This document shows positions 10,960 to 20,549 of a stretch of DNA of 53,380 bases, piece after piece; positions within the stretch are counted from its first letter, which is position 1; each line of letters opens with the position of its first letter. The notes beneath the pieces were generated by a model, which was not told where the DNA came from, did no database searches, and saw nothing but the letters and a program-made list of their open reading frames with translations. A program made the position numbers and the translations under genes. Source of the DNA: a virus (lineage: Duplodnaviria > Caudoviricetes); IMG/VR virus record IMGVR_UViG_3300022074_000059, positions 1-53,380 of that record; one strand, written 5' to 3'.

Positions 10960-12397
10960 TCCATTCTCTATACCCCTCAGCTAACACACGGCTACTAATA
11001 TCAATTTTATCCCGTAAAGCGCGGATAACTTTTTCATCTACAGTTTTTTCAGCTACAATATCTATATACGTTACTTTATTTGTTTGCCCAATGCGGTGAG
11101 CTCTATCTTCACTTTGTAACCTAACTTCAAGGTCATAACCATTACTATAATATATAACTGTTTTAGCTTCTGTAAGAGTCAGCCCATAACCTCCTGTGCG
11201 GGGTTGTCCTACAAAAAACCGTAAAGGGTTAGCGGGGTCTTGGAATCTTTCAACAATAAGCTGGCGTTCCTCTGCTGGAGTAGCACCATAGAATAATTCT
11301 ACACTGTCTTCACCATATTCTTTTGCAAGGGCTTTTTGTATAAGCTCAAGGTCATGCGTAAAGTTACCCCAAATAATAACCTTACCATCAGTTTCTTCAA
11401 GAGCAGACATTAGTTCATTGAGCTTATTTGTTGGGACTTCAACCATTCGTCCATCTTCTAATTTAGCAAAGCCAGAACAAACTTGTTGCAACCTAAGTAT
11501 TTGTGTAAGGACAGTAGGCGCAGAAATTAACCCGCCATCTTCACCTTCTACAATAGCAAGAGCCATACTTTTCATTTGTTCGTATAACTTTTTTTGCTCA
11601 GGTGTGAGCTCTACTGTTCTACGAGTGTAAACTTTATCAGGCAGGTCTAAACAATCTTCCTTACGAACACGATAACTAAATGGCTCGATAATACCATTTA
11701 ACTCATCAAGGTTTTGATAGCCTACAATCTGGTTAAAACTATGCGCTCCCATTGTACGGCGCATCATTTTAGCATACCTGTTTTGGAATGTCCAGAAACT
11801 GCCTTGCCCTAATACATAATGTTCTAAAAACTCACATTGGGTAAATAAATCTAAAGGTGATTTAGTAACAGGTGATCCTGTAAGTATCCTACGGTAAGGC
11901 GCATTTTTACCCAACTTAATCAAGTTTTTAGTACGTTGAGCAGTACGGCTTTTAATCGTAGTGCTTTCATCTACTGCAAGCATTGTTCTGTGGGTAAACA
12001 GGAATTTATCAGCTTCCTCTAAACCACGTTTCGTACTTAATGCTTCTACATTCATAAGGAATATTTGTAAGTCTTCCGTGACTTCTTTTAAGGTATCTAA
12101 CTCTTTTTTCTTTTTCTGAGTTTGCTCAGGTGACCACGAAACAATATTCATTTTTATATGGTCGGGCATATGTGTGGGCAACTCTTTGCGTTCCCAATTT
12201 CTATACACACCTTTAGGCGCAATAATCAAGGCACTATCTATTTCACCTTTATCATACAACATTGCTATTGTATCAATAAGGACTTTAGATTTGCCCGTAC
12301 CCATATCCATAAATAAAGCATAATAGGGTTTATCCCATGAACGCTTTAATGCCTCAAGCTGATGCTCGTAGGGCTTAAACTTAAATTTGTACCTCAT
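10952..12397 (-). CDS. SNF2-family (SF2) helicase
   Basis: Q motif PYEHQ, DMGTGKS, VDESTTIK, LTGSP, GGYGLTL, QSEDRAHRIGQ. Confidence 0.93.
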   Translation of the reverse strand: MRYKFKFKPYEHQLEALKRSWDKPYYALFMDMGTGKSKVLIDTIAMLYDKGEIDSALIIAPKGVYRNWERKELPTHMPDHIKMNIVSWSPEQTQKKKKELDTLKEVTEDLQIFLMNVEALSTKRGLEEADKFLFTHRTMLAVDESTTIKSRTAQRTKNLIKLGKNAPYRRILTGSPVTKSPLDLFTQCEFLEHYVLGQGSFWTFQNRYAKMMRRTMGAHSFNQIVGYQNLDELNGIIEPFSYRVRKEDCLDLPDKVYTRRTVELTPEQKKLYEQMKSMALAIVEGEDGGLISAPTVLTQILRLQQVCSGFAKLEDGRMVEVPTNKLNELMSALEETDGKVIIWGNFTHDLELIQKALAKEYGEDSVELFYGATPAEERQLIVERFQDPANPLRFFVGQPRTGGYGLTLTEAKTVIYYSNGYDLEVRLQSEDRAHRIGQTNKVTYIDIVAEKTVDEKVIRALRDKIDISSRVLAEGYREWII

Positions 12398-12425
12398 TCT
12401 TTCCTCTTTCTACTGGAAGTGTATT

Positions 12426-12454
12426 ATTCTACAAAGCCCTACTTAATATGACAA
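12426..12454 (-). promoter_or_regulatory. Putative sigma70 promoter for the SNF2 helicase (TTGTCA-N17-TAGAAT)
   Basis: Reverse complement of attcta (12426-12431) and tgacaa (12449-12454), 17-nt spacer. Confidence 0.55.
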
Positions 12455-12472
12455 GTACAGTTTTATCGGCCT

Positions 12473-12631
12473 ACTTTGCTATATAGGGGTGAAAAACAAA
12501 TTGCGATGAATTAAAATTTCAACATTTTCCGATATCATCTTTCCACTATACAAACTTTGTCTGTCCGCGCGACCACTTTTGAAAAAACTTTTGTTTACAT
12601 ACAATACGTTTTAGCCCCTACTTAGCAAAGT
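12473..12631. repeat. Long-range imperfect inverted-repeat element, copy A
   Basis: Arms actttgctatataggggtgaaaaac (12473-12497) and gttttagcccctacttagcaaagt (12608-12631); internal aactttgtctgtccgcgcg (12553-12571); homologous to 31045-31272. Confidence 0.7.
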
Positions 12632-12744
12632 TGCGTATAGCGGATATATTTAATTATTTGCTGAGCAAACTAGACAAGCATATTACAGGGATATATGTTA
12701 TACCTTTAGAATAACTACAAACCATGTGCAGAAAGGCATGTTTT

Positions 12745-13074
12745 ATGACTGTATTTATAACACAAGAAATGCGAGGCCGTGACATTACTGATGCCACCAG
12801 CTTCGGTGATATAGAAATACTACTTCCAGCAGGTGAGCAAGCCAGCTATTCTACCCAGCCCACTATAAGGCGTATGGGTAGGAAGCTCAGTAAGTTCACA
12901 GATGATGATTACTTGTTATTAGCAGGAGACCCAGCGGCTATCGCACTTGCGGCGGCTATGGCATCCCGCGCAAATAGCGGTAAATTCAAAATGCTGAAGT
13001 GGGATAGGCAAGAGGGTAAATACTTCCCACTTGCCGCAGACCTTAATTACCGTCCAGGAGGTACAGATGGCTGA
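12745..13074 (+). CDS. Conserved hypothetical protein of the replication operon
   Basis: AGAAAGG RBS before ATG 12745; DYLLLAGDPAAI and LKWDRQ motifs. Confidence 0.7.
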   Translation: MTVFITQEMRGRDITDATSFGDIEILLPAGEQASYSTQPTIRRMGRKLSKFTDDDYLLLAGDPAAIALAAAMASRANSGKFKMLKWDRQEGKYFPLAADLNYRPGGTDG

Positions 13075-13618
13075 TTTTGAAAGTGCGGCTAAAAAGCTGA
13101 GCACAGTAAACGAAACTGGCTTGAGCCAAGTCAGTAAACTTGCACATATCCAACTCAGCTTGGAAGAGCGGGTGACACAGCTTGAAGGTGAGCTAAAGCA
13201 AGCAAAGACTGATCTTAGAGCAGTGGCAGAAGACCAATTACCAGCGGCAATGGCTGAGCATAATATTTCAAAACTGGAGTTGGAAGATGGTTCTAGTATT
13301 AGCGTGAGCAAATACTACAGTGCTTCTATACCTAAAGATAGGGCAGAGGAAGCATATGACTGGCTTGTAGATAATAACTTTGGTGACCTGATTAAAAACC
13401 AAGTGGCAACTAATTTTGTCCGTGGTCAGGAAACACAAGCTGAAGAATTTGCAAGTGAGTTAGCTGATCGTGGCATGGCTGTAAATACTAAAAAGTGGGT
13501 AGAGCCAATGACACTAAAAGCATTTGTAAAAGACCAAACTGAACAAGGGCAAAATATCCCACAAGAATTGTTTGGTTTGTATATCGGTGAAAAATCTAAA
13601 ATCATGAAGAGGAAATAG
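13067..13618 (+). CDS. Conserved hypothetical replication-module protein (coiled coil plus WVEPMTLKAF domain)
   Basis: GGAGG RBS before ATG 13067; typically lies upstream of phage SSB-like genes. Confidence 0.65.
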   Translation: MADFESAAKKLSTVNETGLSQVSKLAHIQLSLEERVTQLEGELKQAKTDLRAVAEDQLPAAMAEHNISKLELEDGSSISVSKYYSASIPKDRAEEAYDWLVDNNFGDLIKNQVATNFVRGQETQAEEFASELADRGMAVNTKKWVEPMTLKAFVKDQTEQGQNIPQELFGLYIGEKSKIMKRK

Positions 13619-13620
13619 TC

Positions 13621-14439
13621 ATGGCTGAAGCAAAGAAAGAAGTTGTTGTTAAAGAAAACAACGCTCCAGTAGTTTATGCTGGTTTTGAAAAGTTTGGGAA
13701 TAAAGGTTTTAAGGAAGTTACGGCTGAAGACCTTTCTATTCCTTTTCTGCGTGTATTAGCACAATTGAGTCCACAGGTTAATAAACGTGACGGTGCTTAT
13801 GTAGAAGGTGCTGAAGCAGGAATGCTGTTTAATACAGTGCTTAATGAAGTTTACGATGGTGAGCAGGGTGTTGAAGTTATCCCGTGCCATTACAACCGCC
13901 GTTACGTTGAATGGAAACCACGCGAACAAGGTGGTGGGTATGTTAAATCATACGAAACTACTGACCCTATTGTAAATACAATCATCCGCAATGAAGTAGG
14001 CCAAGATGTATTGCCTAATGGCAATCTGCTCGCAAATACCGCGCAATTCTTTGTTTTGTTATTGCACCCAACAATGGGAGCGCAACGTGCTTTAATAACT
14101 ATGTCATCAACACAGCTTAAGAAAGCTCGTAAGTGGATGACCCAAGCACAATCGCTAACTGCTCAAGGTGATGATGGTGTATTCGTTCTACCATTGATGT
14201 CACAGGTCTACAAAGTAGGCACTGTGCAAGAACAAAACGATAAAGGCACATGGTTCGGGTTTGATGTAACTAGGGTTCGTAGCCTTGACCTTGAAAACAA
14301 GGAAGATGAGTACTTGTTTAATACTGCCTTGCAGTTTGAAGAATCCATCCAAGCGGGTGAGGTAGAAGTCAAAGAAGATAAATCCGCTAATACTGCTAAA
14401 GAAAAAGGTGATGCGCCAGACGACGATATCCCTTTCTAG
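13621..14439 (+). CDS. ssDNA-binding / annealing protein
   Basis: Acidic C-terminal tail DAPDDDIPF; IPFLRVLAQLSPQ and N.KGTWF motifs; position before primase. Confidence 0.65.
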   Translation: MAEAKKEVVVKENNAPVVYAGFEKFGNKGFKEVTAEDLSIPFLRVLAQLSPQVNKRDGAYVEGAEAGMLFNTVLNEVYDGEQGVEVIPCHYNRRYVEWKPREQGGGYVKSYETTDPIVNTIIRNEVGQDVLPNGNLLANTAQFFVLLLHPTMGAQRALITMSSTQLKKARKWMTQAQSLTAQGDDGVFVLPLMSQVYKVGTVQEQNDKGTWFGFDVTRVRSLDLENKEDEYLFNTALQFEESIQAGEVEVKEDKSANTAKEKGDAPDDDIPF

Positions 14440-14545
14440 TTCAACCGCAGGGGTTGATCGCCCTGTAGTTGCGGGGAGTAGGGTTTAATTGGCGACCAAG
14501 CCTTTCTTTACCTTACTCCCCACCCTATTTAGCAGGAGGTAGATT

Positions 14546-16069
14546 ATGTCTACAGCACAAAAATTTTATGATTTATTTAAGGGTAGCGATATAGCCCACG
14601 GTACTTATGTCGTTAACTCCAGCCGTTCTAGCGATGGCAAAAAGCAAGGTCAGGCTAAAGTTATACGCGAGCCAACCACCCTTGCTATGTGGGAAGAACA
14701 TCTAAAAGGAGGCACAGGGGTAGGTATTATTCCTATCCGCAGTGATAACCTTTGCCAGTGGGGTGCAATTGATATTGATGAATACGATGTCAGCCATAAA
14801 GAACTGGTTACTGTTTTAAGGGAAAACAAAATCCCCGCTGTAGTAGGTAGGACTAAATCAGGGGGAGCGCATGTTTGGATGTTTCTTACTGAGCCTGTAG
14901 AAGCAGAAGAAATGCAGAGGCGCATGACAGAATTAAGCGCGGCACTTGGCTATTCGGGCAGTGAGATTTTCCCCAAGCAAACAACTATTTTGATTGATCG
15001 TGGTGATACAGGCAACTTTTTAAATATGCCATATCATAATGGTGATAATTCTACACGGTATGGTTTTGATGATAATGCAGAGGCTTTGGGTACAGAAGCC
15101 TTTTTAGAATACGCTCAACAATTTGTTATAGCTCCTGCTAAATTCCGTAAACTGAATATGAGTTTTGGTACAAAAGAAGGTGTTTTAAAAGAAGGACCTC
15201 CATGCCTACAGCACTTATGCAGTAAAGGATTTGGCGAAGGTTCACGCAACAATGCCCTTTTCAATCTTGGTGTATATGCACGAATGTTTGATGAAGAAAA
15301 TTGGGAAGTGTTAGTCCAACGATACAACATGGATTACTTACACCCGCCCCTCAGCCATAATGAGGTAGGTGTGGTTATTCGCCAACTTAAAAAGAAAGAT
15401 TACTTTTACAAATGTGAAGACCAACCAATAAAACCTTTCTGCGATAAAGAAATATGTAAGGGCAGGAAGTACGGTGTTGGACCAACAGGTGTTGGCAATG
15501 ATATGTCAAGCCTTACTAAAATTGATGGTGATCCACCTATCTGGATTCTTGATGTAGATGGTGAACGGCTAGAGCTTTCTACTAATGGTTTGACTAGCCA
15601 AGCCCAATTCCAAAAGGAATGTGTAGCCCAGATAAATAAATTCCCTGTAGTTGTAAACCAAAGAGCATGGCAGACGCGGATACAAATGTTACTGGATAAT
15701 TTAACTATTGTGGAAGTGCCACCAGATGCCACTATCAAGGGAGAGTTTGAAGACCTACTCCATGCTTTTTGTTGTGAACGTGCCAAAGGTGAAGAGCGCG
15801 AAGATATACTGCAAGGTGTAGCTGTTTGGGTAGAAGGTAGGGTTTACTTCCAAGTAAAAGATATCAAAAAACACTTGTCCGTAAACGACTTTACACATTA
15901 CAGTTCTAATAAGATCACATTGCGGTTACAGAATGTACAAGCAGAAAAGATGTTCTGGCGTGTGAGAAATAAAGGTGTGCATGTTTGGTCATTACCTCAG
16001 GAGTTTTTCCAAGGGGATGATACTGATATACCGTTGCCAGAGTTACCAGTTGCTGAGGGAATTATTTAG
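14546..16069 (+). CDS. Archaeo-eukaryotic-type primase with PriCT-like domain
   Basis: WGAIDID (motif I), RTKSGGAH (motif II), GNFLNMPY, PPCL and EGSRNNALFNLG (PriCT). Confidence 0.8.
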   Translation: MSTAQKFYDLFKGSDIAHGTYVVNSSRSSDGKKQGQAKVIREPTTLAMWEEHLKGGTGVGIIPIRSDNLCQWGAIDIDEYDVSHKELVTVLRENKIPAVVGRTKSGGAHVWMFLTEPVEAEEMQRRMTELSAALGYSGSEIFPKQTTILIDRGDTGNFLNMPYHNGDNSTRYGFDDNAEALGTEAFLEYAQQFVIAPAKFRKLNMSFGTKEGVLKEGPPCLQHLCSKGFGEGSRNNALFNLGVYARMFDEENWEVLVQRYNMDYLHPPLSHNEVGVVIRQLKKKDYFYKCEDQPIKPFCDKEICKGRKYGVGPTGVGNDMSSLTKIDGDPPIWILDVDGERLELSTNGLTSQAQFQKECVAQINKFPVVVNQRAWQTRIQMLLDNLTIVEVPPDATIKGEFEDLLHAFCCERAKGEEREDILQGVAVWVEGRVYFQVKDIKKHLSVNDFTHYSSNKITLRLQNVQAEKMFWRVRNKGVHVWSLPQEFFQGDDTDIPLPELPVAEGII

Positions 16070-17586
16070 TGCAGATTGTACTCGGACCTCCAGGAACAGG
16101 TAAAACAACTAAGCTCTTAAACTTAGTTGAACAATACATGCAGTCAGGGGTTCCACCAGACCGCATCGGGTACTTTGCGTTTACCCGCAGGGCGGCGACC
16201 GAAGCCATAGACCGCGCTTGTGAAAAGTTCAACCTAAGTAAAAAAGAGTTACCGTATTTTCGTACTTTACATAGCCTCGGATTTTTAATGTCAGGGCTGA
16301 CCCATTCTCAAGTAATGACACCTGAAAAATACCAAGAGGTTGCTGATTGGTTAAAGATTGGCAAGTTCTACGGTGGGGGAACAGTTGACCAAGGACCATA
16401 TAAAGATTTCGGTTATGGTGATAAATTTCTTGAAATTATAAATGTATCCCGTATTCTGCGCCAACCATTACGCCAAGTTTACAATGAAAGCATTGTCCCC
16501 TTAAAAACAGATTGGGCAAGAGTAGAATACGTTAGCCGAGGATTACAGCATTGGAAAAAAGCATACGGCTTACAAGATTATGCTGGGATGTTAGAAACTT
16601 TTGTTGACCAAGAATTATGCCCACGATTAGAAGTAGTTTTTATTGATGAGGCACAAGATTTATCTCCCATCCAATGGGAGATGGTAAGGTTACTAGAGCA
16701 AAACAGCCAGATATGCTATGTAGCGGGAGATGATGATCAAGCCATTTTCCGTTATGCTGGCGCAGATGTAGACCATTTTGTAGGACTCCAAGGGGAAGTT
16801 ACCCTCTTGAACAAGTCCTACCGCATTCCCTCCTTGCACCATGCACTCAGCCACAAAGTTATAAAACGCATTGTAGGAAGGCGGGATAAATTCTTTGAAC
16901 CCAAAGAGGGTGAGGGTAGTGTCTTGTGGCATAGGCATTCTGAAGAAGTTGACCTTAGTACAGGTGATTGGTTACTACTGAGCCGTACTACTCGGGGAGC
17001 GCAACAAATAGAGGAAGAAGTACGCCGCCGAGGACATTTATATATTTATAATGGTTCAACCAGTATAGACAGTAAAGTATTAGAAGCAGTAAGGTTTTGG
17101 GAACATTTGCGCGAGGGCAATCGTTTAAATGCTGAACAAGTCAGGTTAGTCTACAAACATATGCTTTTGAATACACAAGTAGCCTACGGATTTAAAACTA
17201 TGCCGAATGGCGATGATTCTACTTTTTATAGTTTAGAAGAATTACAGCAAGATCACGGGTTATTGCACAGTCAACCTTGGGATATAGGGTTAGGCAAAAT
17301 AAATGAACGCGATCGCACTTATATAAAGGCTTGCTTGCGAAAAGGCGAAAGCCTTACGACAACCCCACGGTTACGAATATCCACTATTCATTCTGCTAAA
17401 GGAGCTCAGGCAACAAATGTAATGTTGTTAACTGATACTATGCGTAGACCATATAGTATGTGGCGTAAAATAGATAACCAAGCAGAAGATGAAGCACGAG
17501 TATTTTATGTAGGGTTGACCCGAGCTACAGATAATTTACATTTGATTCATCCTATGTTTAGTCAAGGGTACGGTTTACCTAGCTGA
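16069..17586 (+). CDS. UvrD/Rep-family SF1 helicase
   Basis: GPPGTGKT, FIDEAQD, AGDDDQAIF, STIHSAKG, FYVGLTRA; GTG start overlapping upstream stop. Confidence 0.93.
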   Translation: MQIVLGPPGTGKTTKLLNLVEQYMQSGVPPDRIGYFAFTRRAATEAIDRACEKFNLSKKELPYFRTLHSLGFLMSGLTHSQVMTPEKYQEVADWLKIGKFYGGGTVDQGPYKDFGYGDKFLEIINVSRILRQPLRQVYNESIVPLKTDWARVEYVSRGLQHWKKAYGLQDYAGMLETFVDQELCPRLEVVFIDEAQDLSPIQWEMVRLLEQNSQICYVAGDDDQAIFRYAGADVDHFVGLQGEVTLLNKSYRIPSLHHALSHKVIKRIVGRRDKFFEPKEGEGSVLWHRHSEEVDLSTGDWLLLSRTTRGAQQIEEEVRRRGHLYIYNGSTSIDSKVLEAVRFWEHLREGNRLNAEQVRLVYKHMLLNTQVAYGFKTMPNGDDSTFYSLEELQQDHGLLHSQPWDIGLGKINERDRTYIKACLRKGESLTTTPRLRISTIHSAKGAQATNVMLLTDTMRRPYSMWRKIDNQAEDEARVFYVGLTRATDNLHLIHPMFSQGYGLPS

Positions 17587-17587
17587 A

Positions 17588-17626
17588 AACAAAAGAGTTA
17601 TCATTTGTTATGGCTTGGGGCATTGT
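17588..17626 (+). promoter_or_regulatory. Early-type promoter family copy (AACAAAAGAGTTATC-N15-GGGCATTGT)
   Basis: Matches the repeated motif at 29406, 31837, 32226, 32875 and 33848. Confidence 0.55.
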
Positions 17627-17659
17627 TAGGTTGCTGGTAACAAACAGAAAGGAGCTACC

Positions 17660-17920
17660 ATGCAAGTGAAATACTTTAACAAAGCGTCTCTGTTAGATGC
17701 GAACAATGAAGCTATATTATCTGAGCGTAACCGTTCTATATATAATGAAAGCATTGTTGATATTGCAGATGACACCCTATTCCCCATCGTTTTTAGTATG
17801 CCACATAACGATGTGGAAATGCGGGTTGAACTTATGCTTGACCCCACAACAAAGGTTTGGTTAGATATGCCTTTTGAAGCATATGAAGCCTTACCTTCAG
17901 TAGATTACCCAACACAGTAA
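17660..17920 (+). CDS. Hypothetical protein
   Basis: AGAAAGGAG RBS; acidic 86-aa ORF behind a promoter motif. Confidence 0.7.
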   Translation: MQVKYFNKASLLDANNEAILSERNRSIYNESIVDIADDTLFPIVFSMPHNDVEMRVELMLDPTTKVWLDMPFEAYEALPSVDYPTQ

Positions 17921-17944
17921 TACTCTAGAAAGGAGTAATGTATA

Positions 17945-18973
17945 ATGGCACATTTAGTTGAGACTATGGCGTATGCAGGACAAGTCCCTTGGCACGGTTT
18001 AGGAACCGCTGTTGATGGTAATATGTCACCCCAAGAAATGTTGGTTGCGGCTGGCATTGATTGGACAGTTAGTAAGCGTCCTGCTTATACAGTTGATAAA
18101 CCTAACTGTTGGAATATTATCGACCCAACTGGTGAGGCTGGTTTTATCCGCGCACCAGATGCACATTTCCTTGTGCGGGATAGCGATAACAAAGTGCTTT
18201 CGCATTGTGGTGATGGTTATGTACCTTTCCAAAATGCTGAAGTTATGGACTTCTTTAAAAAGTTTACCGATGCTGGTCAGATGACCATGGAAACAGCGGG
18301 TAGCTTGAAAGAAGGTAAAGATATATGGGGGTTGGCAAAGCTAACTGATAAGTTCAGCCTTGGTGGTGATGATGAAGTTAAGGGTTATTTGCTTTTGAAT
18401 AACAGCCACCAAGTAGGCAAAGCGATGACTATTATGTTCACCCCTATCCGTGTTGTGTGTAACAATACTCTTACACAGGCTATGAGCATGGAGGGCAACC
18501 GCTTCCGTGTACTACATCTGCAAATGTTCGATGAAGAAATACAGAAGGCCGCTGAAGAGGCTTTAGGTATTAGTGGTCAGCAAATGACCAAGTTCAAAGA
18601 GCAGTCTGAGTTCTTAGCAAAGAAACGTGCAAAAGAGTTTGATGTTGATAACTTTATTGCAGAGTTGTTCCAACCTAACTTGTTAATAGAGCGAGCCAAG
18701 GCATCTGTAAAAGATGACCTACCGCCTCTGCGTGATGAGTTTAAACGTACTGCCGAACTTGTTGAAGAAGCATTACATACGAGTCCCGGAGCAAACATGA
18801 ACTCTGCTAAAGGTACATGGTGGGGTGCGCTCAATGCTGTGACTTATGTAGTAGATCACCAGAAACGTTCACAAGCTGAAGGTAATGCACTGCACTCTGC
18901 ATGGTTTGGGTCTGGCGCGAATACAAAACGCAAAGCTCTAGCTAAAGCACTAGAATATGCTGATGCGGCGTAA
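17945..18973 (+). CDS. DUF932 family protein
   Basis: MAH..ETMAY....PWHGLG N-terminus, ETAGSL, LLLNNSH, TPIRVVCNNTL, GTWWGALNAVT. Confidence 0.88.
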   Translation: MAHLVETMAYAGQVPWHGLGTAVDGNMSPQEMLVAAGIDWTVSKRPAYTVDKPNCWNIIDPTGEAGFIRAPDAHFLVRDSDNKVLSHCGDGYVPFQNAEVMDFFKKFTDAGQMTMETAGSLKEGKDIWGLAKLTDKFSLGGDDEVKGYLLLNNSHQVGKAMTIMFTPIRVVCNNTLTQAMSMEGNRFRVLHLQMFDEEIQKAAEEALGISGQQMTKFKEQSEFLAKKRAKEFDVDNFIAELFQPNLLIERAKASVKDDLPPLRDEFKRTAELVEEALHTSPGANMNSAKGTWWGALNAVTYVVDHQKRSQAEGNALHSAWFGSGANTKRKALAKALEYADAA

Positions 18974-18988
18974 CTGACAAAGTAGTTC

Positions 18989-19028
18989 TTGTCTTGGCAT
19001 GGTTCGTTTACTAAAATGAACCATGCCA
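18989..19028 (+). promoter_or_regulatory. Putative sigma70 promoter TTGTCT-N17-TAAAAT with overlapping 11-bp inverted repeat
   Basis: tggcatggttc (18995-19005) and gaaccatgcca (19018-19028) flank the -10. Confidence 0.55.
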
Positions 19029-19052
19029 TTTTCCATAGAAAGGGAGATTAAT

Positions 19053-19649
19053 ATGTTTTATGCAATATGTGAAGGGATTCCAGGAAGTTCTGGTCCAGCC
19101 TACGTTATCTACAAGTTCAACTCTTTGGAAAACATTAAAGAGTGTGAGGCAGTTAACGAATACAGCATTGTGTACAATGGCGAATCACCCCGACAGTTAG
19201 TAGAGTTTTGTTCTGTAGAAGAGCTACGCGAAATTGCTGTCGCAATAGGTGGGGATTTAACTTATATTTCCCACCAACAAGCGGCTGACTATGTGCATCA
19301 AGCAGTAGTTAAGAAAGCCAAAAACTGGAAACCCCAAGAGGAGCCTAATATGTCTACTGTTCACGTAGATCAGTTTAATAACAAAGCGCAAAAGCATGAG
19401 GCAACCGAAAAGAAAAAACAGGTTCGTACGCGTTTTAGAAACGATGCTAGAATCGAAGTTCTAAAGGATACACCTACTGTTCGCGAAGGCACAAATCGCT
19501 ACCGCAATATGAAGGTGATTATGGAAAGCGCAACTGTCGGCGAGGCTATGGCAAAACTCCGCGCACTTAGTCCTGCTCCCGGATGCGGTGTTGATATTAG
19601 GATAGCATGTGATGCGGGTGTTATAAAGCTGGATTGGCAAGAGGAATAA
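19053..19649 (+). CDS. Hypothetical protein heading the modification operon; basic C-terminal domain may bind DNA
   Basis: AGAAAGGGAG RBS before ATG 19053; basic C-terminal segment REGTNRYRN..ATVGEAM. Confidence 0.6.
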   Translation: MFYAICEGIPGSSGPAYVIYKFNSLENIKECEAVNEYSIVYNGESPRQLVEFCSVEELREIAVAIGGDLTYISHQQAADYVHQAVVKKAKNWKPQEEPNMSTVHVDQFNNKAQKHEATEKKKQVRTRFRNDARIEVLKDTPTVREGTNRYRNMKVIMESATVGEAMAKLRALSPAPGCGVDIRIACDAGVIKLDWQEE

Positions 19650-19652
19650 GCA

Positions 19653-20549
19653 ATGTTAACCGAAGCTATAGAAAGTTACTTCGGGTGGATAAATGAGAGA
19701 CACTCGATCTACCTACGCAGGAGGTCGGGTGCTCCCGCCCCTTGGACTACTGACCGTATCCTACAGGAATTTAAGTTTACAAACCCTTTCCGTGAAAACG
19801 ATAGGGTTACTATTTGGATGCGTGAAAACTGGACAAAGCCAAACAACAATCGCCCTCATGGTGAGATACTGTTTAATTGTTGTTTATTCCGTATGATAGG
19901 CACAAGTGAGTTTGCCGAACAGCACGGCTGGGCAGAAAAATTTAACCCTGCTCGTACAAAAGAATTAATACAAACCAGAATTGAGAATGGTTTACGAACA
20001 TTTACTGGTGCGTATATAATCACTAACCAAGGACTCAAAGCACCAAAATCAGAGGTTGTGGTTGACCATTTTCTTAAGCCTATCTGGGAAAACAAAGAAG
20101 CGATGGCGCAGATCGCCGCCGAAACGCAGTCGCTCCAAAAAGTACATGAAGCGATGGGTTCCTATCGGGGATGGGGAGGGGGAGGTTTTATGTCATATGA
20201 GGTTGTTACCGACCTCAACCACACGCCTGTATTATCATCGGCAGAAGACCGTTATAGGTGGGCGAACGCTGGTCCTGGAGCAGTTAGGGGATTAAACAGA
20301 ATCCTTGGCTTACCTCTTAAAAAAGGTATGGGTCAGCCTATGGCTAATGATCATATGATCAAGTTGTTATCCAAAGCCCCTTTTTACATTCAACCTCATG
20401 TTCCCTTAAAAGAAGTTGATATGCGTACTATTGAGCATAGCTTATGTGAGTGGGATAAATATGAAAGAGTAAGGTTAGGCCAAGGTAGACCGCGCAGTAT
20501 TTATCGCCCTACCTTATTAACAGATACACCTAAAGGAGCTGTAGAATGA
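19653..20549 (+). CDS. aGPT-Pplase1 / HMUDK_hel family DNA base-hypermodification protein
   Basis: Signature ERHSIYLRR..G...PWT.D.IL..FKFTN.FRE.DR, GAYII, GFMSYEVVTDL, GPGA.RGL, IEHSLCEWDKY. Confidence 0.85.
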   Translation: MLTEAIESYFGWINERHSIYLRRRSGAPAPWTTDRILQEFKFTNPFRENDRVTIWMRENWTKPNNNRPHGEILFNCCLFRMIGTSEFAEQHGWAEKFNPARTKELIQTRIENGLRTFTGAYIITNQGLKAPKSEVVVDHFLKPIWENKEAMAQIAAETQSLQKVHEAMGSYRGWGGGGFMSYEVVTDLNHTPVLSSAEDRYRWANAGPGAVRGLNRILGLPLKKGMGQPMANDHMIKLLSKAPFYIQPHVPLKEVDMRTIEHSLCEWDKYERVRLGQGRPRSIYRPTLLTDTPKGAVE

